Source of the DNA: a virus
Strand: one strand, 5' to 3'
Length of the DNA: 64,000 bases
Virus record (IMG/VR): IMGVR_UViG_3300030012_002828
Span: 29,844-93,843 of that record
The notes under the pieces are model-generated. The model did not search any database. It was given only the letters and a program-made list of their open reading frames with translations, and had not been told where the DNA came from. Both the position numbers and the translations under genes were made by a program. Of this stretch, positions 59,053 to 64,000 are shown piece after piece. Within the stretch, counting starts at the first letter, position 1; every line of letters starts with the position of its first letter.

Positions 59053-59073
59053 TCACTCATCATCATCAAACAT
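59053..59073 (-). CDS. Micro-ORF MFDDDE*
   Basis: ATG TTT GAT GAT GAT GAG TGA; GAGGTG SD; TAATG overlap with the upstream gene. Confidence 0.55.
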   Translation of the reverse strand: MFDDDE

Positions 59074-59555
59074 TACTCGACACCTCTTTTTGGGATTTGG
59101 GATTGGTCACGCCATAGTGAACCATTGTCTTTGGCTTGCATAGTCCAATTTTTGATATTTTTCTCATTCATTCTAACAGCGTATGATTTACCGCTTGCAT
59201 CAATGTATTCCTTACCCTTAACTTTGAAAGTGGGCTTGATAGGTAGAGCATTCCAATATTTTTCGTTCATAGAATCCATTGAATCAGCGTCTTTCTTAAT
59301 TTGCTTAGTAGTTTCGTCATCAAGTTTCTTCAAAGGCCAACCTTCAAAATTCATTTTATGCCATTCCGAATACAGGGTATCAAAAGAAGTTAGTCTATGC
59401 TTAGCAAATTTTCGACCTCTATTGATAGTATTTTGAGTATATTCATAGGTATCAATATCCTCTTCTGTTTCCGCAGGGTTCTCTTTCATATAGGCTTCAA
59501 GAGGTGCTACGAATAATTCGTAACCCTCGTCTGTTTCGTATTTGTTTTTACTCAT
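59073..59555 (-). CDS. Hypothetical protein, paralogue of the divergent 59712-60347 gene
   Basis: Start ATG59555; shared TDE..., I.RG, WP and WN..PI motifs. Confidence 0.65.
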   Translation of the reverse strand: MSKNKYETDEGYELFVAPLEAYMKENPAETEEDIDTYEYTQNTINRGRKFAKHRLTSFDTLYSEWHKMNFEGWPLKKLDDETTKQIKKDADSMDSMNEKYWNALPIKPTFKVKGKEYIDASGKSYAVRMNEKNIKNWTMQAKDNGSLWRDQSQIPKRGVE

Positions 59556-59711
59556 GGTTATTACCACATAATAACATTAGTTTACAGGTATAGGGTATTC
59601 CCCAAAGATGCAACCATATGGTAATACTTTGAATTACCCTGAATAATAATAAATCCTAAGATTATGTGCTGTGAAAAAATATACAGCGCAAAAAACATAG
59701 GAGAAATAATT

Positions 59712-60347
59712 ATGGCTAAGAAAACAGAAAAGAAAGAAAAAGATTTGTCAATGACTGACGAAGCATGGAATAAAAGAGTAGGTAGAATTGAAGAATTCTT
59801 ATCCCATGAAGGGAATCAAGAATTTCTAAATTCTTCCGATGATATTATTGATGCTGTCGAATTGATACAAATGAATATCCGTAGAGGAAACAGAAATGCT
59901 ACAAAGCGGAAGAATTTGTGGAATCAAATTTTGATTGAAGGTAGAGATTGGACAACAGAAAAGCAAGAATTACTTGCTATTGATTGGCCTGTTGCTGTCG
60001 GAAAAGAATCAAATTTGCCTGCTCACGCTCAAGCAAGTTTGAAAGAAATGAAGAAATTGGTTCAAGAAGCATACGCAGAATTTTGGAATTCAAATCCAAT
60101 TATTCAAATGACATCTGTTATTTCTGATAGAAATAAACAATTAGGTGGTTCACCATTTGAAAATGGTTTAGAATTTGGCGAAGGTCGAGGTGTAGCAGTA
60201 AATCAAAGATTTGTGAAATATTTCACCGATGGTAGATGGGATGGAAATTTCAATCTTGAAGACGGATTTGCTATTAAACCACCACTACCTGTTGAAAATG
60301 CAACATCAGAAGAAAAAACCGATGAAGGTGAATCTGATGATTCGTGA
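59712..60347 (+). CDS. Hypothetical protein, paralogue of 59073-59555
   Basis: Start MAKKTE after AGGAG; track start 59664. Confidence 0.65.
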   Translation: MAKKTEKKEKDLSMTDEAWNKRVGRIEEFLSHEGNQEFLNSSDDIIDAVELIQMNIRRGNRNATKRKNLWNQILIEGRDWTTEKQELLAIDWPVAVGKESNLPAHAQASLKEMKKLVQEAYAEFWNSNPIIQMTSVISDRNKQLGGSPFENGLEFGEGRGVAVNQRFVKYFTDGRWDGNFNLEDGFAIKPPLPVENATSEEKTDEGESDDS

Positions 60348-60680
60348 GGATGAAGATTAATTCCCCGCCCAGTTTTGAGCAAAACTAACCCAAAAATTGC
60401 TTCAGTTAGATTTCTGTAAAAAATCACCCATGAAGAGTTTGTAAACTTAAATCATCAGGCTGTTTTTCGTTTTTCATCAATCGCAAGTGTTCATCAATTG
60501 CAAGTGTCAATACCTCCGGCATTAAAAAAATCTGAAAAGATTTTCTCTTCACCTTTTTTATATTTATTTTATTTTATTTTTTTTATTTTTTTTAGGGTTG
60601 TTCAAAGTACAACCATATGGTAAGGCTACTTTGAAGCACGAACCATAAATCTGCTCAAATAAGATTATGCGGTAATTATT

Positions 60681-60890
60681 ATGCCTTTTTGGAAAAAGAA
60701 TATTGAAGAAGAAAAAAGCGAGCCTGTGCAAAAGAATTTTGTGGTCAAACTAAAACAAGACCGTTATAAAAATTGGATTTGTGAATCTGCAAGGGTTCAA
60801 GGTGATACAATTGATGAAGTGAAAGAAAACATGGAAGCACTAATTCAAGCGGTAATTGAGAAAACAAATGAAGTAAATGGAGATGAATAA
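60681..60890 (+). CDS. Hypothetical protein
   Basis: First ORF of a small + strand operon. Confidence 0.6.
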   Translation: MPFWKKNIEEEKSEPVQKNFVVKLKQDRYKNWICESARVQGDTIDEVKENMEALIQAVIEKTNEVNGDE

Positions 60891-61119
60891 AATGGATAAA
60901 TACGATGAAGTAAAAGAAACAATAGAGCAAATAACAAGAGAACAGAAAAAAGTATATGAGGATTATTTTGATAATCAAATTAGAAAGTGGGTTTGGTATT
61001 GTTGTGGCGAAGGCTGCGTTAATATTACAGTTTCTAACCCACAAGACTCGGTTATTTTTGTAGATGCTGTAAGATATTTAGATTCAAATTGTAAAATGTT
61101 AGGTGAGAAAAATGAGTAA
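60877..61119 (+). CDS. Hypothetical protein
   Basis: Coupled ORF. Confidence 0.55.
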   Translation: MEMNKMDKYDEVKETIEQITREQKKVYEDYFDNQIRKWVWYCCGEGCVNITVSNPQDSVIFVDAVRYLDSNCKMLGEKNE

Positions 61120-61249
61120 AGTATTGGAAGAAGCACTAAGTAAAAGTCTTGAAATGTTAAAAATTGAAGAAAACCTTGCTTATCATAGATGGTTGAGAGC
61201 AAAACAAATGGTTGAATTGAAAAAATTGTTAGAGAGTGAGGAAGAATGA
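61112..61249 (+). CDS. 45-aa hypothetical protein
   Basis: MSKVLEEALSK...ESEEE*; GGTGA SD; coupled at both ends. Confidence 0.55.
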   Translation: MSKVLEEALSKSLEMLKIEENLAYHRWLRAKQMVELKKLLESEEE

Positions 61250-61431
61250 AACACGATAAAAATAAACTGATTGCCATAATTCAAGAAATATGTGCGATAA
61301 TTTATTATCAGCAAGCATTGAAAAAACAAGATGAATGGTTAAATGCAAGAATAAAAGATGGATTGTGGAATTTAGAATTATGTGAAGATGAAGAATATGA
61401 AAATGGGTTTGTTATGGAGGGTGAAGAATGA
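61246..61431 (+). CDS. Hypothetical protein
   Basis: Coupled ORF. Confidence 0.55.
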   Translation: MKHDKNKLIAIIQEICAIIYYQQALKKQDEWLNARIKDGLWNLELCEDEEYENGFVMEGEE

Positions 61432-61616
61432 CTGTTTTTCAAAAAAGACATTATACTGCTATCGCTTTGATGCTTGCTAAATTAGATGTTGAAAATTTAA
61501 CTAAAAAAGACATCGTAGAAAAGATGTGCGAGTATTTCAAGGCTGATAATGATAAATTCGACGAAACGAAATTTAGATATGCAATAAAGGCATTTGCTTT
61601 AGATTATATTCTTTAG
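61428..61616 (+). CDS. Hypothetical protein
   Basis: Coupled ORF with GGAGGGTGA SD. Confidence 0.6.
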   Translation: MTVFQKRHYTAIALMLAKLDVENLTKKDIVEKMCEYFKADNDKFDETKFRYAIKAFALDYIL

Positions 61617-61705
61617 TGATTACCCATCAGGTTTTTTCGGTATTTTTTCCTTAAAAAATAAATACCATTTTTTTATTTTTAAAAAATCTAAGGTAACTGC
61701 AAAGC

Positions 61706-62008
61706 GTTACCATATGGTAACAGATAATAATGTTCTTAACTTAATCACTCATCATCGTCAAAGAACATACTGTTCACCCTCCTGCGGTTCATAATATGCT
61801 AACGCATGAACCATATGGTAATATGTTTGGTAATAATACTAATCACTCGTCATCGTCAAACATTTAATTACCTCCCCTGTGGTGTCCATAGTCTACTATC
61901 GTGGACAACCATATGGTAATAAGAAAATAAACTAACATCACTCACAATCATCAAACATTCTTATTATCCCTCCTGCGGTAGAATATGCTTTCGCCTACCA
62001 TATGGTAA
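61706..62008 (-). repeat. Tandem array of three ~100-bp units (palindrome - hairpin - SD - micro-ORF)
   Basis: Palindromes spaced 101, 98 and 89 bp; micro-ORFs 61745-61768 MFFDDDE*, 61843-61863 MFDDDE*, 61938-61958 MFDDCE*. Confidence 0.8.
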
Positions 62009-62096
62009 GTAAAAATTGTAGATTTGCGAAAATACGCACCCTAAAAAAAGCAAGAATCAGGACTCCGAAAAGCCCTAATTCCTGCAATTCCACCAA

Positions 62097-62303
62097 TCAT
62101 TCATACATTCTTTCTTCGTTCTCCCTTAGTCTGTTTTCATTCTTTAGACTCATTGAAACGCCTTTCCAATTTTTCTTCATTCTTAATTGGACACCCGCTT
62201 GTCGAACATTAATTGATATGTCATCAAACTGTTGAAATTGGTCATCCACATTCATTAGTGCTGAAATCATCGCATCAAATGTTAATTTACTAAAGTCCTT
62301 CAT
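62097..62303 (-). CDS. Hypothetical protein
   Basis: ATGA overlap with the upstream 13-aa ORF. Confidence 0.55.
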   Translation of the reverse strand: MKDFSKLTFDAMISALMNVDDQFQQFDDISINVRQAGVQLRMKKNWKGVSMSLKNENRLRENEERMYE

Positions 62304-62341
62304 TCGTCATCATCCCTCATTACTATTGGTTTATTCATCAT
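62300..62341 (-). CDS. Micro-ORF MMNKPIVMRDDDE*
   Basis: Same DDDE* ending as the array peptides; preceded by the ATTATGTGGTAAT motif. Confidence 0.4.
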   Translation of the reverse strand: MMNKPIVMRDDDE

Positions 62342-62710
62342 AATTACCACATAATACCATATTTTTCTATATCTAAGGATTACCCCAAAGATATATCCAT
62401 ATGGTTCTATACTTAGGTTCATTCGTCATCATCTCTTATGGCGGAGGGTTCTTTTTATACTCTCTATTCATTCTTCAATCCATATGGTTCTACTTTGAAG
62501 GTTCCTAAAATTAATTTAATTGATTTTAATTCTTTTCTGTGGCAGATGCTAAATGCACCCTCCGCATAAAAACGGGTTTCTCCTATCATAAAATACACTT
62601 TTTAGCACATTATGTTAAAGTAAAATCGCATATCCTACAAAATGGTACAAATAATGCAATACATACAGTTATAACCCTTTACTTATCCTACTTATTCTGA
62701 GGATAACCAC

Positions 62711-63073
62711 ATGGTATTCAACTTTTACTTCAACAGTAATGATAAAGAAGACAAATCTAACAAAGACTTAGAGAATATTATGAGAAATCTTGAAAATCAT
62801 TTCGCAAATTGGCATGATTTCTATCAATTCTATTCTAAACATGCACCTGTACCTGATAAATTTAAAGAACAGATACAACAGTTTTATGAGGATTTGCGTG
62901 AGGAATTTGTTAGTATAATACGACAATATAATGAGAAAATTAACTATTTTGCAGATATACATGAAGAAAAAGATACAAATACACAGTTTGAAAAAGATGT
63001 TGTTAATCAAATGAAAGAAATGATGTCAAAATCAAAGAAAGATGACAATTCTAATTTTAATATGTATAATTAG
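62711..63073 (+). CDS. Hypothetical helical protein
   Basis: ORF with GAGG SD. Confidence 0.6.
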   Translation: MVFNFYFNSNDKEDKSNKDLENIMRNLENHFANWHDFYQFYSKHAPVPDKFKEQIQQFYEDLREEFVSIIRQYNEKINYFADIHEEKDTNTQFEKDVVNQMKEMMSKSKKDDNSNFNMYN

Positions 63074-63245
63074 AATAATATTCTTATTCTGGAAATAGAT
63101 TTAATTTAAAAAAATTTTTTTTGCTAATGGTAAAAAAATCTCCGGCCATTTTTTCAAAAAAGCGTCTGGTATATTTTTATACCTTAAGTTATTTTGCCAT
63201 ATAATTAAATAGTAAATATAATTTAATCCTTTACTGAGGGATATT

Positions 63246-64000
63246 ATGTGGGAGGATGTTCTGAAGAACCAAATTTCTATCCCCAAACAAAGTATTAGAA
63301 CTTCAAGGAGAGCGTTACCTGAGAAAAGTCCTGAATTATGTTATCCTAAATTTCATGATATAGTACAAAGGTTTTACGATTGTTCTAAAATATTTGGTAC
63401 TTCTTTTGTGGCTAAAGATGCAAGTAGTTTATTAACTAATGATGAATGGTGTGAAAACTGGAATTATACCTATGAGGATTCAAATAAAAATGAACGATGG
63501 CCGAGTGAAAATTTATTCGATGAAGAATATAAACCCCGTAAAATATTAGAAGTTAGTACTAACAATATTTTACAACCAACGAATACAGTCGATGCAACAT
63601 TTAGTATGTTTTTAAAATATATTACTATTGAATTACAGATTAGATGGAAATGGTCTTTAGGTAAATCAAGTGGCGCAGATGATAAAAAGGTAATTGTCTT
63701 GTCTAATAGAGCATCAATAGTTAATTCTATAACAGGAACAAGAATTAGAATGGGAACTTTTTATCACGGTTTTGATGAAACAGAAATGGATTTAGCAAAG
63801 CATATTAATTATGTTCATAAATTAGTAGATTGGATGTCATCAGTTACGAGCAAATTTGGACAACCGCATGAAAGTACAGCATTAAATAATTTTCATGAAA
63901 AATGGCAAAAAATGGATTTTGATGTTAGAACCAACAATAAATGGTATCTGGGTGGAACAATAGGTGATATTTTTAAATCAAATTTAAAGACAGGACTAAG
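63246..64000 (+). CDS. 3'-truncated hypothetical protein starting MWEDVLK
   Basis: Frame is open from ATG63246 to the window end; GAGGG SD; absent from the track. Confidence 0.7.
   Translation, partial: MWEDVLKNQISIPKQSIRTSRRALPEKSPELCYPKFHDIVQRFYDCSKIFGTSFVAKDASSLLTNDEWCENWNYTYEDSNKNERWPSENLFDEEYKPRKILEVSTNNILQPTNTVDATFSMFLKYITIELQIRWKWSLGKSSGADDKKVIVLSNRASIVNSITGTRIRMGTFYHGFDETEMDLAKHINYVHKLVDWMSSVTSKFGQPHESTALNNFHEKWQKMDFDVRTNNKWYLGGTIGDIFKSNLKTGL

Larger units (their letters stand above)
58939..62487. repeat. Dispersed palindrome (A)CCATATGG(T), 9 exact core copies
   Basis: Copies at 58939, 59613, 60612, 61709, 61810, 61908, 61997, 62397 and 62480; a near-copy at 62706. Confidence 0.9.

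Noticed and set aside
60380-60470. Hammerhead ribozyme (CTGATGA on the minus strand)
   Set aside because: No correctly placed GAAA core or flanking stems.
61706-62008. CRISPR or mini-CRISPR array
   Set aside because: The repeat is only 10-12 bp, and the intervening segments are ~80-90 bp and homologous to each other rather than unique spacers.
59053-62435. C/D-box sRNAs suggested by ATGATGA motifs
   Set aside because: No consistent CTGA D boxes, and the variation follows Asp codon wobble, which breaks box C in some copies.
1725-63286. Numerous antisense or shadow ORFs in the track (e.g. 1725-1970, 6627-7127, 32042-32566, 46285-46719, 58342-58639, 62002-62235)
   Set aside because: They lie opposite well-supported genes or over repeats, have S/L/F-rich antisense composition and lack an SD.

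Overview
An AT-rich 64 kb segment of a tailed dsDNA archaeal virus. The evidence is GGTGA/GGAGG ribosome-binding sites, a TFB homolog, an archaeal-type replisome and an HK97-type morphogenesis module; the gene set resembles 'magroviruses' of Marine Group II Euryarchaeota (Poseidoniales), which is an inference. Layout: (1) + strand 1-28.2 kb is the virion module: prohead protease/scaffold, major capsid protein, head-tail proteins, tail tube, -1 frameshifted tail chaperone, tape measure, tail tip and fibre proteins. (2) - strand 28.3-58.3 kb is replication and metabolism: DEDD exonuclease, MCM-like ATPase, ERCC4 nuclease, primase, Cas4-like nuclease, HNH, PolB, GuaB/GuaC, PCNA, RecA-like ATPase, RPA-like protein, RFC-S/L, ATP ligase and NrdJ. 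It also carries an apparent viral ubiquitin-like conjugation system (Ubl precursor, E1/ThiF, candidate E2, JAB) interleaved with TFB and a histone-fold gene. (3) 58.3-63.2 kb is a divergence/control region with a candidate origin, about 10 CCATATGG palindromes, head-to-head paralogues and a ~100-bp-period array of hairpin + SD + 'MFDDDE*' micro-ORFs. Portal and terminase are not in the window. All calls come from motif recognition by eye; no searches were run.
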